A DNA stretch of 64,000 nucleotides, taken from assembly GCA_964016885.1 (NCBI GenBank), contig OZ024742.1, forward strand, positions 250,480,001 to 250,544,000, read 5' to 3'. Numbering within the stretch: position 1 is the stretch's first letter; each line of letters starts with the position of its first letter. Source of the DNA: Eledone cirrhosa. Lineage: Eukaryota. A program made the position numbers and the translations under genes. The notes under the pieces are model-generated. The model saw nothing but the letters and a program-made list of their open reading frames with translations, was not told the origin of the DNA and did no database searches. Shown piece after piece: positions 13,058 through 26,774 of this stretch.

Positions 13058-14223
13058 ATGAAGGACAGGGACACAGCAGTGAAACTGTCCATCAAACCAA
13101 TCACATCCACCGCATACACCTTCTACCCTACGTACATGGGTAGAAGAACACAAAAAATAAAAATCCACACCATCCTGCTGATTATGGACATATGGTGGGT
13201 TTTGACAGGTTTCCTGGACCTGGATGATGACACGCTGGTGTCCATGGGAAAGGCATCGGGTGACGCGTTCAGTGGAACGAGCCTCGAACTTGTAGTTCAA
13301 ATGAGGCCCGAAAGGATCGCCCAGATCCCTGAACGCGTCATACTGGATGATCAAACTTTCATCAATATTACCGCTGAGGGTAGGCGGCCCTCGTGTTACC
13401 TCTGCGGACCCAGAGGTCACCTGAGGGCTGTCTGTCCCCAACTTAATAAGAAAACCCCAATCCTGCCTACAACACCAACAACTGCACAACCAACACAATC
13501 ACCACAACTACCACTACAAAAACAACCACCACAGCTCAAACCAAAACAAAACAATGTCCAACCCATCCCCCCCCCCCCCCCCACTCAAAAAACAAAAACA
13601 ATTTCCAAAACACCCGCACCGCAAACACAACCCGAAAATATACCCCTCCAACGCGGAAGATGACCCTAGTTCGTCGTCAGACGAGGAGGAGCACTTCCAC
13701 ACAATCAAAAGAAAAAAAAGAAAACACACCTCAGACACACAAATGAAAACAACCCCTCCCCAAAACATAACACTGACACCAACACAAAAGAGCTCACAAC
13801 AACAGCAAACAAAACACACCACACAAAAACAAAAACATGCATACACATACATAAACACAAGAAACAAAAAACTGTTAAACATTGTGTACAACAACAATCT
13901 AATAAAAACCCAAGGGCCTAACTTCACCCGGGCAGGGGATTCCCCCACCTCAAAATGATTAAGGCCCCACAGGACACCTATAAAACTTTAAAAAACAACT
14001 TTAAAGAGGACGTAGGTCCCCCCCCCCCCTGCGTCGGGCCCATTAACCGCGTTCTCCTAAAAAACTACGCCACCCCTCCCCAAACACCCACACAACTCCA
14101 AACTCCCCAACCACACAACACACTGATGCCCCTACACTTCCACAAACCACCACCCCACCCAACAACCCATCCCCCACCCTAATGGAAATTGTGCAGCCCG
14201 ATACCCGGGACGCAGAGAGGTAA
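13058..14223 (+). pseudogene. Tx1-like ORF1, partial and frameshifted
   Basis: ORFs 13058-13663, 13554-13958 and 13955-14182 are homologous to 1504-2931(-). Confidence 0.85.
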
Positions 14224-14247
14224 GTGCCTTTTCTCTTCACCACCAAC

Positions 14248-17200
14248 ATGGCTATGCTAAGAGTAGGCTGTTTAAATGCGCGTGGCCTGGGCTCAACTTG
14301 GAAGCAAGCAGTGCTTCTAAATGACCTCAGGTCACAACGTATATATGTGATGGTTATTTGCGAGGCCCGGATCAGCAACGTGCGACAGCTGGCCCCCACC
14401 TTTGATGACTTTGAGATGCACGCATCTCTCTGTCAGCCTGGAGGTGGGGGTGGGGTTGTCGTTCTGCTGCAAAAACATCTGGGTCTCGCAACACAGATGG
14501 TACATTTGGACCCGGAGGGTCGACTAGTGGTTCTGGACCCTGGCAGTGGTAAAGGCGGAGCGTTTAGGTTGGTAGCCGCCTACGGACCTTTCGGGTCAAT
14601 GCGGCCGGACTTCTTCCATCGTCTGGAGACTTTTCTAGGGACGTCCCGCTCCTTGCTATTAGTGGGGGACTGGAATGGTATCCTAGATGCACGCTGGGAC
14701 TACGTAGGGGCCTGTCTCCATAGAGAGGGGTGTAATAGCCTCAAAGGGTTAATCGGTCGATTTGACCTGGCCGATAGATATCGACTAGATTTTCCGACTG
14801 CGCCAAACTGGACTTGGGCAAATCGTAGCGGATCATCTAGGTCGTAGCTAGATAGGTTCTTAGTTAGAATTAAGGATAAGGACATTTTAAGTTGTCCAAA
14901 AATGCCCTGGGCCAGTTCTTCGACGCGACACACGAAGGCTGCATCGTCCGAAGCAAAATACGTGCTCTGGGAAACGAGGGGACCAAAGCTGTTAGCAGGG
15001 CCCGCGTGACAGAAGCCAAAAGAGGGAGCAGATCCACTATCCCGTCTTTGCGAGACCAGGATGGACGGGTGATCCTTGAACCTAAGCAGATGTGCGAGGC
15101 TTTTCAAAAGCACTTTGCCGGATTGTTCGGAAGGGGCGGGGAGCCAGTTGGGGATGTGGACTTCGGTCCATACCTCGACGGCCTGCGGCGTCTCTCGGAC
15201 AGGGAGGCGAAGTCCTGCGAGGAGCCGATTTCAGCCGCTGAGATAGAGGACGTGCTGAGCCAATGCGGCAAACGCAAATCCCCGGGTCTCGATGGTCTTC
15301 CATACGAACTATATCTAGCTATGCCGAACTTGTTCCCCGATCTCCTCGAGGCGGTCTACTGCAACTGGCAACAGAACGGGAGAATTCCCTGTGCTGTGAC
15401 CAAGGGCGTAGTCACGCTAGTGAGGAAGGACGAGAACAAAGGGGACGATATAAATAATTTCAGGCCCATAACTCTGCTAAATACAGAGTTACAGATTTTG
15501 GCCAAGGTGCTAGCAAAGAGGTTGGCGCTTGTCGTGGGCAACCTGGTGGGAGATGCGCAGACATGTGCTATCCCGTCCAGGTCCATCCACGACAACCTCC
15601 ACCTCATGCGATACATCATAGAGAGGGTTGGGAACGAACCCGGCTTTGGTGGGGCCCTGATCAACTTGGATCAATCTAAGGGATTCGATAGGGTCGACCA
15701 TGGTTACCTGGATGCGGTGCTAGCGGCGTCAGGCTTCGGACCCGTTTTCAGGGGCTGGATCAATGCCATGCACAGCAGCCGCATCTGCTCTAGGGTCAAG
15801 GTGAACGGCTACCTCTCGGAGCCGTTCGAAATCGCGCGGTCCATCCGACAGGGGTGCCCTCTCTCCTCCCTTCTGTATGTAATGACTCTAGAGCCACTGC
15901 TGCGGAAGTTGGAGTTGTTGCAGAGCATCCCGTTGGAACCGGGATTGCGGAAAGCGGTGTCAGCCTACGCCGATGACGTAACAGTAATGGTGTCGACGGC
16001 TTCGGAAATCGGGGCGATCGGCACCTTACTGGAGGAGTACGAAAGGTTTACAGGGGCTAAGCTGAACCGGGACAAGTCGATCGGTCTGCAACTCGGCACG
16101 TGGAGGGGCAGATCGATGCCCTCCGATGGCGTCGTCGGGCGCTGGACGGAGGGCCCGGTGAAGTTGCTCGGGGTCTGGTTCGGACCAGACCTCCAGTGGA
16201 GAAGAACTGGGGTGAGGTAACGAACAGGGGGTTTGCACTGACCCAGAAGTGGGCCGAGTGCAAACTGTCCCTGAAAAGTCGGGCGGAGGTGGCGAACACT
16301 TATATAGCGTCCGTCATCTACTACCGCCTGACCGTTGTGCCTTGCCCAAGGGAAACGCTCGCTAAAATGGAGCGCGCACTCTTCCAATTCCTTTAGAAGA
16401 AGCGGGCTCCTATGGTGAGGAGATCCATCTGCTGTCAACACCCTTCGAAAGGAGGGCTGGGGATGCCGTGGCTAATGATACGTAAACACGCATTAAGGCT
16501 ACGGCACCTTCAGGTATTCCTCTCCGGTCAACCGGTGTGGGCCCCGTTTGTAAGGGGAGCCTTTCCCAGACTCGTCTCACTCACCGAGCTGCAATCCTGG
16601 GTCAAGCAAAGACCGAGAAAACTGGGCGCCTGGCACACCGAGTGTGCCCAGGCGCTCACGGCTCTCTGGCAGGCGGACCCGGCTGTCAGTGGAGAATCCA
16701 CCTCGTCATTCTATAGAGGGCTGGTGGTTAGCAGGTGCGACGACGCCCTCGGAGAAACCCTAGGCATGGAGGAAGACGAACTGGCCAACCTGTTCGGTAG
16801 GACATTCAGCCCGGGACCCATGGATAACTTCCAGAGGTCCCGGGCCTGGCAATGCTACAGAAGGGCTCTGCCCGTTCGAGAAAGGCTCTACAGACACGGG
16901 CGCCCGGGTAGGGACCCCTCGAAAAAGATCTGTCCCAGATGCGTGTGCGACGAGGAAACCGTTGCACACGCATTGGTACACTGCTCGGGCATTGCCGATC
17001 TGTGGGGCTATGTCGAACAACTGCTGTCAAGGGTGGGACCGATCCGGTTGACCACCGAGTCTATTGTAACGATCAAGCCGCCTCCCCTCTTCAAAAACGA
17101 AGAAGAGGCGGTGTTTCTGTGCGTAATAGCCATGGCGAAAGAGGTTGTATGGTGGACGCGTCTGAAAGGACTGAGGTCAGACACCTATCTCTCTGGCCAA

Positions 17201-17348
17201 TAACTGGTCCGTTTCTTCCAATATCATTTCGGAAGAAGGATCAGGATGGAGAGAGAGGTGCTGCACCCCAGCCGTTTTCATGAAAGATGGGTGAAAGTGG
17301 CGAGAATGGCCCGTGTGAATGGGCCTTCACTCTACATCAGACTATAGG
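14248..17348 (+). pseudogene. Tx1-like ORF2 (APE-RT-zinc finger), disrupted
   Basis: ORFs 14224-14847, 14892-16220, 16100-16396 and 16412-17203, with stops at ~14846, 16394 and 17201 and a frameshift near 16200. Confidence 0.93.
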
Positions 17349-17898
17349 TGAGGAAGATGAAAGACCAAGGGAGCACCCCTTCTCTGTGCTCCTGAGGAAA
17401 AGGGTTGCACATTTTTTTTCGGGGGTGTGTGCGACCCCCCAAGGCGCCTCATCTCTATTGAGGACTTTGTTATAAATTTTATTTTTTGTTATATTTTATT
17501 TTATTTTTATATATTGTTATTGCCTCCTCCTTATTGAGGACGCCTTGTTTTGTAAACTCCCCCATTGTACTTGTCCCGCTTTTGATGCCCTGGTGGCAAA
17601 TAAAAGAAACATATCTCTCTATCTATCTATCCATCTATTTATCTATCTATCTATCTATCTATATCTATATCTATTTATATATATTTATATATATACATAT
17701 ATATATGTATATTAAGTACATGTACGTACACACACAAACAAATACACTCATACACACACATATATATATATATATATATATTTATACACATAAACATATT
17801 ACATATATATACAAACATATGTTTATGTGTGTGTGTATATATATATATGTATATATATAAACATATTACATATATATATATATATATATACAAACCAC

Positions 17899-18160
17899 TC
17901 ATCCTTCCGTGGTCGATAAAATAAAGTGCCAGTAATGCACTGGGTAATGGCTGGCCTTGTGCCAAAACTAGAAACAATTATTAATACAAGGAACTAATAA
18001 ACATCTCGATTATTGTTAATTTGATAAGTGTCATCACTTGTTGTTTTTGTTGTTTATGTTGTTGAGTTCAAACTCGCCGAGGTCTGCTTTGCCTTTCATC
18101 CTTTTCGTGGTCGATAAAATAATGTACCAGTCAGGTACTGGCCTTGTGCCTATAGAAGAA
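17899..18160 (+). mobile_element. Two truncated copies of the tRNA-derived SINE (17899-17983, 18063-18160)
   Basis: TCATCCTT..GGTCGATAAAATAAAGT.CCAG and CTGGCCTTGTGCC..AGAAAC match the full copy at 18193. Confidence 0.85.
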
Positions 18161-18192
18161 GTCATCATCATTAATAATATTATTATTATAAG

Positions 18193-18393
18193 GGCGGTGG
18201 ATTGGCAGTATCGGTAGAGGGTCGGACGCCATGCGTTGACACATAGAATTATGGCCCTTGCCATTCTGAGTTCAAATCCCGCCGAGGTTAACTTTACCTT
18301 TCATCCTTACGGGGTCGATAAAATAAAGTACCAGTAATTCACTGGTTATTTGCTGGCCTTGTGCCACAAGTAGAAACAATTATTATTATTATT
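18193..18393 (+). mobile_element. Full-length tRNA-derived SINE with (ATT)n tail
   Basis: A box TGGCAGTATCGG, B box GAGTTCAAATC, body TTTCATCCTTACGGGGTCGATAAAATAAAGTACCAG; many copies in the window. Confidence 0.9.
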
Positions 18394-18737
18394 CTTTGAG
18401 TCTCAGTCATTGATGTTAGTTAACTAGAAAGTTTGTTGAAATGAATATCAAGCCACTACCTGCAACCTCAGATATTCAGGACGTATCGGAGGGTTCTTCC
18501 TGTTCCCAGCAAGCATGCCTTTTGATGTGTTCCAAAAAGGGTCTGGACTAATCTTCTTTAAACATCCTTGCAAACTTTTTGAGATAGTACCTAGTGCTCC
18601 TATGACAATCGGGACGACCTTGATCCCCTGACATGTTTTATAATTCCCACTTTAAATCCTGGTATCGTTTAATTTTCTCCTTTTTTTTGCACTCTTGTGT
18701 CAAAGGGGCAGACTAATTCTACAATCAGGCACGATCT
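18394..18737 (-). mobile_element. 3' fragment of an R4/Dong-like RLE LINE
   Basis: Closely similar to 53175-53540; flanked by (ATT)n. Confidence 0.88.
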
Positions 18738-19182
18738 TTTATTATTATCATCATTATTATTATTATGGGTTATTTCTCGCCCCGTAAGACGCAAATCTTT
18801 CATAAAATGCGGTTCCCCACCCAATAGTCAAATGTTAACGAGTTCCCAACCAGCCCTCACAATTACCCTGCAATTACCGACCATATGCATTAAATATGCA
18901 CTCCCTAATTATAGGGCGAGTCTTTCTTATCACTTCTACTGTTATATAAGCTGAAAAATATGTCATACTTGAAGGTTGTATATAAATTTGTATATACATA
19001 TAATGCTGTCAAATATATATCCATATATATATACATGTGTGTGTGTCTGTCTGTGTGTGTGTAGATATGTCTACGCCTGTGCAACTTTGGTTACGTGCTT
19101 TAACTCTTATATTTCTCACCCGCCCTCTTTCTTTCACCATACACACACACACACACACGCACGCATACACATACACACACCG

Positions 19183-19245
<63 letters not shown>

Positions 19246-19254
19246 GATAGATAT

Positions 19255-19305
<51 letters not shown>

Positions 19306-19323
19306 TATATATATATATATATA

Positions 19324-19440
19324 ATTGTTTCTACTTTAGACACAAAGCCAGCAATTACCCAGTGCATTACTGGTACTTTATTTTATCGACCCCGTAAGGA
19401 TGAAAGGCAAAGTCAACCTCTCATCCTTACGGGGTCGATA
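19324..19440 (-). mobile_element. Truncated SINE with a 20-bp terminal inversion
   Basis: The SINE 3' half is followed by TCATCCTTACGGGGTCGATA, the inverse of 19384-19403. Confidence 0.85.
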
Positions 19441-19596
19441 TATAATAACATAAATACGATACGTAGAGAGATAAATAGTTAAGGACAAACTCCAATATAT
19501 ACAGAGATATAGGGATTTAATATAAGTATACACACAGCAGTAGAGGCGCATGTGCGTATATATATATGTATATATATATACATATGTACATAAATA

Positions 19597-19669
<73 letters not shown>

Positions 19670-19808
19670 GTGTATATATACATATATATATACGCACATG
19701 CACGTCTACTGCTGTGTGTATACTTATATTAAATCCCTATAACTCTGTATATATTGGAGTTTGTCCTTAACTATTTATCTCTCTACGTATCGTATTTACG
19801 TTATTATA
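19441..19808. repeat. Inverted repeat with ~120-bp arms around a (TA)n spacer
   Basis: 19441-19560 is the reverse complement of 19689-19808 with few mismatches. Confidence 0.9.
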
Positions 19809-19815
19809 TATATGC

Positions 19816-19924
<109 letters not shown>

Positions 19925-20046
19925 GGAGGTGAGTTTTATTGTAGTACAATAAAGCAATGCGGATATCGGATAAGAAGCACTCTACAGTTTGTAGGACTGG
20001 AGTATGCATAATATAAGATCAAAAGATGGTTAAAGGAGTTCCATAT

Positions 20047-20116
20047 ATTTTATTATGCGCATTTCAAAAACAAACATCATCATGCAATAATATTTGTGTT
20101 TTCATCAGATAAAACA
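20047..20116 (-). ncRNA. Minimal type I hammerhead ribozyme (mirror copy)
   Basis: Reverse complement of 20634-20704. Confidence 0.85.
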
Positions 20117-20633
20117 GGAGAACATGATATGAAGGCTAAAAAACACTTGTGGATAGTGCAGTTTTAAATCAACATATGAAAAGTGGTTTTAGATTGATGT
20201 GTGATATTGGGAAAAATATTTTATTTAGAGAGGGGGGGGTGGAAAGGATGAAAAGGGAAGGAGATGAGAGGGAGAGATGGGTGATAGAGAGAAAGAGATA
20301 GCTTTTATAACTGAGAGGAGATATATTTTTTACATAGAGAGGTTGAAAACCGTTGGAAGATACTGTATAAATTTAATTTATACAGTATCTTCCAACGGTT
20401 TTCAACCTCTCTATGTAAAAAATATATCTCCTCTCAGTTATAAAAACTATCTCTTTCTCTCTATCACCCATCTCTCCCTCTCATCTCCTTCCCTTTTCAT
20501 CCTTTCCACCCCCCCCCCTCTCTAAATAAAATATTTTTCCCAATATCACACATCAATCTAAAACCACTTTTCATATGTTGATTTAAAACTGCACTATCCA
20601 CAAGTGTTTTTTAGCCTTCATATCATGTTCTCC

Positions 20634-20704
20634 TGTTTTATCTGATGAAAACACAAATATTATTGCATGATGATGTTTGTTTTTGAAATGCGCATAATAA
20701 AATA
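20634..20704 (+). ncRNA. Minimal type I hammerhead ribozyme
   Basis: tgttttat-CTGATGA-aaacacaaatattatt..gatgtttgttttt-GAAA-tgcgca-TA-ataaaata; palindromic stem III. Confidence 0.88.
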
Positions 20705-20734
20705 TATGGAACTCCTTTAACCATCTTTTGATCT

Positions 20735-20765
<31 letters not shown>

Positions 20766-20991
20766 GGAACGAGTAGGACCCCGACGGCTGAGCTCAAGCC
20801 GTTTCGACGGCTAATTCTGGACTAAAATTTTTAATTCTGGACTAAATCTTTTAGTCCAGAATTAGCCGTCGAAACGGCTTGAGCTCAGCCGTCGGGGTCC
20901 TACTCGTTCCTATTACCCACTCTACTGCCCTAAGTATTGAGTACTTTGGTGCGTTATGGTCCACCTGGTTCCTTACCACTTTTCCTTCGTT
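20766..20991. mobile_element. Foldback family A element (3' half of a hammerhead plus tail)
   Basis: GAAA-CGGC ttgagctca GCCG-TC-ggggtcc occurs on both strands; six copies in the window. Confidence 0.85.
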
Positions 20992-21174
20992 ATATATATA
21001 TATATATATATATGAAACGAAGCTGTTATATAGGACCGTTTTCTCACTCAACCAATAATTTAATTAAGGTTAGTATCATTAACATACTAAACCAAGAAAA
21101 TTAGAGTGCACAATTATAGGTAATGTATAGATATAAACATTGTCCTCTATGATCAAGACGATGCGAGAGTATAT

Positions 21175-21408
21175 TTGAATTCACAGAAAAAATAGAAAAC
21201 TCATCGCTAGAACAACTATTAAAACAGCCAAATGATTTCAATGATAGTGATGGGCAAAAACGCATCAGAGGACATTGACCAAGCCACTGGTAGGTAGGGG
21301 CGTTGTCTCCCTCCTCTGGGGGATTTTTTGTCCATCACTGTCATTGATACCATTTGGCTGTTTTAACAGCTGTTCTAGCGATGAGTTTTCTTATTTTACC
21401 CTGAATAT
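21175..21408. repeat. Diverged foldback with ~100-bp arms
   Basis: GAAAACTCATCGCTAGAACA..AAAACAGCCAAATG / CATTTGGCTGTTTT..TGTTCTAGCGATGAGTTTTC. Confidence 0.8.
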
Positions 21409-21451
21409 ATATATATAATTCATCGCCGCTATATATATATATATATATATA

Positions 21452-21660
21452 TTAGAAAGTGAGGTTTTTTTTACAAAATGAAATATAACCGAGGTGTCCT
21501 ACACCAGTGAAAGTATAAAGAAAAAAAAGATGAAATCGAAAATGCAACTGGAGTCTTATTTTAAAAAAAATATATATATTTATTTGGTTCCTTTATCGGT
21601 TTCGCAGTTCTTCTGCTTTTCAAAAGTAGAGTTGAGATGGAGGGTCTGTGGTTTTTCTCA
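21452..21660 (-). mobile_element. Family B element, single arm
   Basis: Closely similar to 62078-62285 and 37011-37180. Confidence 0.85.
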
Positions 21661-21854
21661 CAAGGTATATATTGAGTTAGAAACTCAAAATAGTCTCTTA
21701 CAATAAAATAGCTCTAGGGAAGAGATTTTTCCTAGCCGCATATCATAATTGAATATAAAAGAGAGATAAACACAGACATATATGTGTTCAAATCGTAAGG
21801 GACTAGGTTCGCTAAGGTGAAAAAAGTACTAACTATGGACATATATATATATAA

Positions 21855-22024
21855 GTTATTCCGGGTTGAATCGGAAAAGTACTCAATACATAGCAGAGCA
21901 GAGCATAAATGTTTTAATATGGAAAAGCTTCTACAGGACTAGAACTGTTTCATTTCTCACGAATGAAACAGTTCTAGTCCTGTAGAAGCTTTTCTATATT
22001 AAAACATTTACTCTACTATGTATT
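21855..22024. mobile_element. Foldback relative of 6862-7066, turning in hammerhead stem II
   Basis: AAGCTTCTACAGGACTAGAACTGTTTCAT-ttctcacga-ATGAAACAGTTCTAGTCCTGTAGAAGCTT. Confidence 0.85.
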
Positions 22025-22052
22025 ATAAGCTTTTATCTCTCTCTCTCTCTCT

Positions 22053-22107
<55 letters not shown>

Positions 22108-22238
22108 GGGTTGACGGACCCAGCATATTTATCAATGCCAGTACTGGTTGTATCTCAGCGCACTCAATGGGCAATGTAAGATACATTACCAGAATATACA
22201 AATAGTTATTTGCCTCAACACAACACACGTAAAACGTG

Positions 22239-22272
<34 letters not shown>

Positions 22273-22285
22273 AAAGCTTCTACAG

Positions 22286-22400
<115 letters not shown>

Positions 22401-22618
22401 TATACGGGGGTAAGTCAAAATTTGTCCGTACTTACGCCATAACATATCTTTAGGTTTGTCCCACTGCCTGCTCGTCATGCGTGCTTAGTGTTGGTACTAT
22501 TGTGGTCAGGTGCTCGAAGGTTGAGCTTGATTGCGCCAGTTTCTTGCTGCTGTTACAGTATAAACATGACCACTCTGCTACAAGATAGCGTTTGGTCAAT
22601 GATTTTGGTATCAATATA

Positions 22619-22679
22619 TTCTTCTTCTTCTTCTTCTTCTTCTTCTTCTTCTTCTTCTTCTTCTTCTTCTTCTTCTTCT
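22619..22679. repeat. (TTC)n microsatellite
   Basis: Direct reading. Confidence 0.95.
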
Positions 22680-23732
22680 GTCACATATTCCTGAGAGTCA
22701 TAGGGGCAAAGTCCTCAAACACTCATTCAAGTGGGTCCAGTCAGAAGCAATCGTCTCCAATTAATCAGGCTGGATCCCCAAGCGAGACCAGCCGAGCCCA
22801 TGGATGTTATCCAACCATCTAGCTCGGGCTGTACCCCTGGTTCTCCTGCTACTTGCTTTTACCCGTAAAATCTGTCCAACGATTCTTTCCTGAGACATTC
22901 TAACCCTATGTTTCTATAAGTATGACAAAGACATGCATTTTATTGACCATTCTCCCCCGCTCTCTCTCTCTCTCTCTCTCTCTCTTCCTCTCTACCTCCC
23001 TCTCTCCCTCTACTCCCCCCCCTCTGCCGTATGCATCCCCATAAGAAAGAGATGCACTAATTATTTTCACATTAGTTAAATATTTTCCGATTTACTTAAA
23101 TGATTAATCAATTTGTTAAAGTGCATCGACAATTAAGTGTCTTCATTGGGGACAGAATGTAGTTCATTATACCACACAGTGATACCTACTTACATTTTAG
23201 TAGATTATGTACATATATGTGTCTTTGTCATTGACATAATGCAGTGAACTGTATCTAACTGTGATACCTATTCACAGCTAAGTGGACTGGGCTGTTGACA
23301 GTTTCGTGTCTTTGTCATGGACACAGATACAGTAAGCTATATGCGTTATCTATTGATGGGTAGCGTGACTGTTTATATCTATGAGTGTTGGTCATGGATA
23401 CAATAAACTACACCACTCTTCGGTACATGCTTCTAGCGGACCTGCCAACACTTCCCGACGGACGGGGAGATCTTCCACCCACTTTGGAGTTTGTGAGAGA
23501 TGTCTTCACCTTGTGAAAACGGGTACAGCCTACATAATGTAAAATATCCACATTTTGCCTCATTTCTCCTCGTTTTGGGGCACTTTTTTTCATGTTTCTC
23601 TCTATTTGGGTTTTTAGAAGTTGACAGGTCTGTTCCAGTTATGTGGACTGTTAACATTTAACAGGTTTATTCATTGAAAAAAGTACAGTGAACTATATCA
23701 AGTGTGCAGGAATTATTCGACTTCGCAGTTAG

Positions 23733-23813
<81 letters not shown>

Positions 23814-23817
23814 CGTG

Positions 23818-23860
<43 letters not shown>

Positions 23861-23872
23861 GTGTGAGAGTGT

Positions 23873-23945
<73 letters not shown>

Positions 23946-23950
23946 TGTAT

Positions 23951-24143
23951 AACGAAGGAAGTGTGGTAAGTGACCAGGTGGACCATAACGCACCAGAGTA
24001 CTTGATACTTTGGGTAGTAGAGTGGGTAATAGGAAAAGGTTTAGGACCCCGACGGCAGAACTCAAGCCGTTTCGACGGCTATTTCTGGACCATAAATAGT
24101 TGAAACGGCTTGAGCTCTGCCGTCGGGGCCCTGAACCTTTTCC

Positions 24144-24145
<2 letters not shown>
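23951..24145. mobile_element. Foldback family A element
   Basis: Homologous to 20766-20991; the short arm ends at TTCCTA followed by TA. Confidence 0.85.
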
Positions 24146-24175
<30 letters not shown>

Positions 24176-24186
24176 CATTATATTAA

Positions 24187-24527
24187 TAAATGGAAACTAT
24201 ATTTATAAAACCATATTTATTTTATTATATATATTTCAAGGGCAACCAAGGCAAATTATGGTGCGCTTTCATCAGATAACATACAGATTTCCGGGTATGT
24301 CAATATTTATTTATAAAAGAAATCTGTATTTTATCTGATGAAAGCGCACCATAATTTGCCTTGGTTGCCCTTGAAATATATATAATAAAATAGATATGGT
24401 TTTATAAATATAGTTTCCATTTATATATATATTGTATATTTACTCCACTAAACTGTTGAGTGCTTTATATCAGTTATAAAAATGTTTAAGCTTGTTGAAT
24501 CCCAACAAATTAAATATAACCTCTGCA
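24187..24527. mobile_element. Hammerhead-bearing foldback element with a ~100-nt tail
   Basis: Arms 24187-24290 and 24321-24424 are inverted; the tail contains TGTTGAGTGCTT. Confidence 0.85.
24327..24392 (+). ncRNA. Minimal type I hammerhead ribozyme (mirror at ~24218-24284, minus)
   Basis: tattttat-CTGATGA-aagcgcacc..ggttgccctt-GAAA-tatata-TA-ataaaata. Confidence 0.85.
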
Positions 24528-25043
24528 TATATATATATATGTGTGTGTGTATATATATATTTATATATATTTATATATATTTATATATATATATGTGTGT
24601 CTGTGTGTCTGTGTATGTATATATGTACGTGTGTGTATATGTGTGCGTGTGTGTGTATATATATGTGTGAGTCTGTGTAGACGTTAGGCGTGTTGGTGAT
24701 GGTGGTGCTGCAGTTAGCGGTCGTTGTGATGGTGATGGTTGTTGTATTAACAGCTATTATCGGAGTATCAGAGAGATAAGAAATGAGTTGGAGGATGGTA
24801 GAATTGGTGATGGTGGGAGTGTGAGGTTGAAGGGGAGGATGGGTATTTTTTTCATCAGATAATATCTAGACTTATCCTGTTTATCTCAATAGAATACATA
24901 ATAGAGACTCTATCTTGGCTAAATTCAGTGTCATTCTTTCTCTTCCTTTATCTCTATGTCAGTAGCTATATTCTTATAGGAACATAGGCATGAATACATA
25001 CACACATACATACACACATACATACATACATACATACATACAT

Positions 25044-25096
<53 letters not shown>

Positions 25097-25594
25097 TACA
25101 TACATACATACATACATACATACATACATACATACATACATACATACATACATACATACATACATACATACATACATACGTGTGTGTGTGTGTGCATGCG
25201 CAGTATGTATACGCTATGTATACGCAATATGTAATATATTTCTTTTTGATTGGGTTCACAGAATTTATATAATTACATGTACTCTCACATGATTATTTAA
25301 ATGTATATGTGTGCGAACATATATGTGATGTCTAAATATGTGTGGGTTTATGAAAAAATATATATTCTTAAATGTTTAATGCTCATTCATTTTTGCATGT
25401 GTATATCCCAATGCGCATATATATGTATATACGCCTGAGAATCGCTAACGTGGAATTCAAAATACCATATCAAATAAATTTATCTTTCAATATATATTAA
25501 TCGCCTCTGCGACGATATCGAGTATCGTTTTACTACTACCTGTGTGTATGTATGTGTATGTGTGTGTGTGTGTGCTGACAACTAGATGAAATTA

Positions 25595-25763
25595 ATTGTT
25601 TCTACTTTTAGCACAAGGCCAGCAAATTACTCAGTACATTACTGGTACTTTATTTTATCGACCCCGTCAGGATGAAAGGCAAAGTTAACCTCGGCAGGAT
25701 TTGAACTTAGATCATAAAGGGCCGTAACTATGCTGCAAAGCATGGCGTCCAACTCTCTACCGA
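25595..25763 (-). mobile_element. tRNA-derived SINE
   Basis: Reverse complement of the 18193 family. Confidence 0.88.
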
Positions 25764-26072
25764 TAATGTCGTCTGAGACAAAACTACATTGATCTGGTAC
25801 CTATTCCTCATAGCTAGGTTGACTGATTTGTGAACTGCAGTTCCTATTACTCACAGCTACATGGATAAATTAGTGGAATACGTATGGTATGTCTAAGACT
25901 GAACAACATTGAATAGGTACTTGTTCCCCTTCAGGGCTAAGTGAAAGATTTTAATAATGTGTACTTTACTTAATCAAACTTAACAAGCAAGGCATTTATG
26001 ATGCCACCTTACATTTCACTCCCGCACTTGACACGCTATATTTATGTATGTGCACACATGTATGTTTGCAGT

Positions 26073-26134
<62 letters not shown>

Positions 26135-26696
26135 TGCCTGTCTGTCTGTTTGTCTGTCTGCCTGTATATCTGTCTATGTGTGCGCCGCAGATAAACTCGT
26201 GTCTAACGTATACAATAGAATGTACGCGAAATAAACATATGCGTACAAATTTATTCATAAGCATGCGCAACATTAAATGAAGACTTTGTATGCAATTAAG
26301 TCTCAAATTTACAAGTTATATAATATTTTATCCCACACTAGTGAATATAATGGTTCCTTGAGATTCATTTTACAAACAAATCACTTTGAACGATGTAAAA
26401 CAAATAAACAAAGTCATTTCAAAGATGGCGACTGATAACGACGGTATGTCACGTGGACATTACATATAATATGTGCTACGAAGGAACAACAGTGGTGACG
26501 CAACAACATTCACAAGCTCGCTGTGAATTGTTGGCCTATATTTCAATACTCTTGTGTATTGCTAAAACAATGACATGGTAGGTATATATCATCATCTATT
26601 AAATATGTAAAGATGCACATTTTGGGGTGGGGGGGTTGTTCCCTTCGTTGGTTGGTTCTATCAAAAAGCACTTAAGAGACTTGGTAGACATAATAC

Positions 26697-26774
<78 letters not shown>

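Larger units (their letters stand above)
13050..17611 (+). mobile_element. 5'-truncated Tx1-clade LINE (partial ORF1, APE, RT, zinc finger, 3'UTR), with stops and an internal deletion near 14900
   Basis: ORF1 knuckle CYLCGPRGHLRAVC; APE (VGCLNARGL, GDWNGILD); RT (KSPGLDG, FRPITLLN, LDQSKGFDRV, RQGCPLS, AYADD, LLGV); C-terminal CPRC..ETVAHALVHC; ends in (TATC)n. Confidence 0.96.

Noticed and set aside
14214-14228. Splice-donor-like GAG|GTAAGT at the ORF1/ORF2 boundary (GAG|GTAGGT in the minus copy)
   Set aside because: It overlaps the ORF1 stop codon and there is no evidence of use.
18193-18290. tRNA-like A and B boxes
   Set aside because: These are SINE heads with no cloverleaf and a repeat body, not tRNA genes.
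22403-22445. Mariner-like terminus TACGGGGGTAAGTCAAAA (similar hint ending at ~62964)
   Set aside because: No partner TIR or transposase found.
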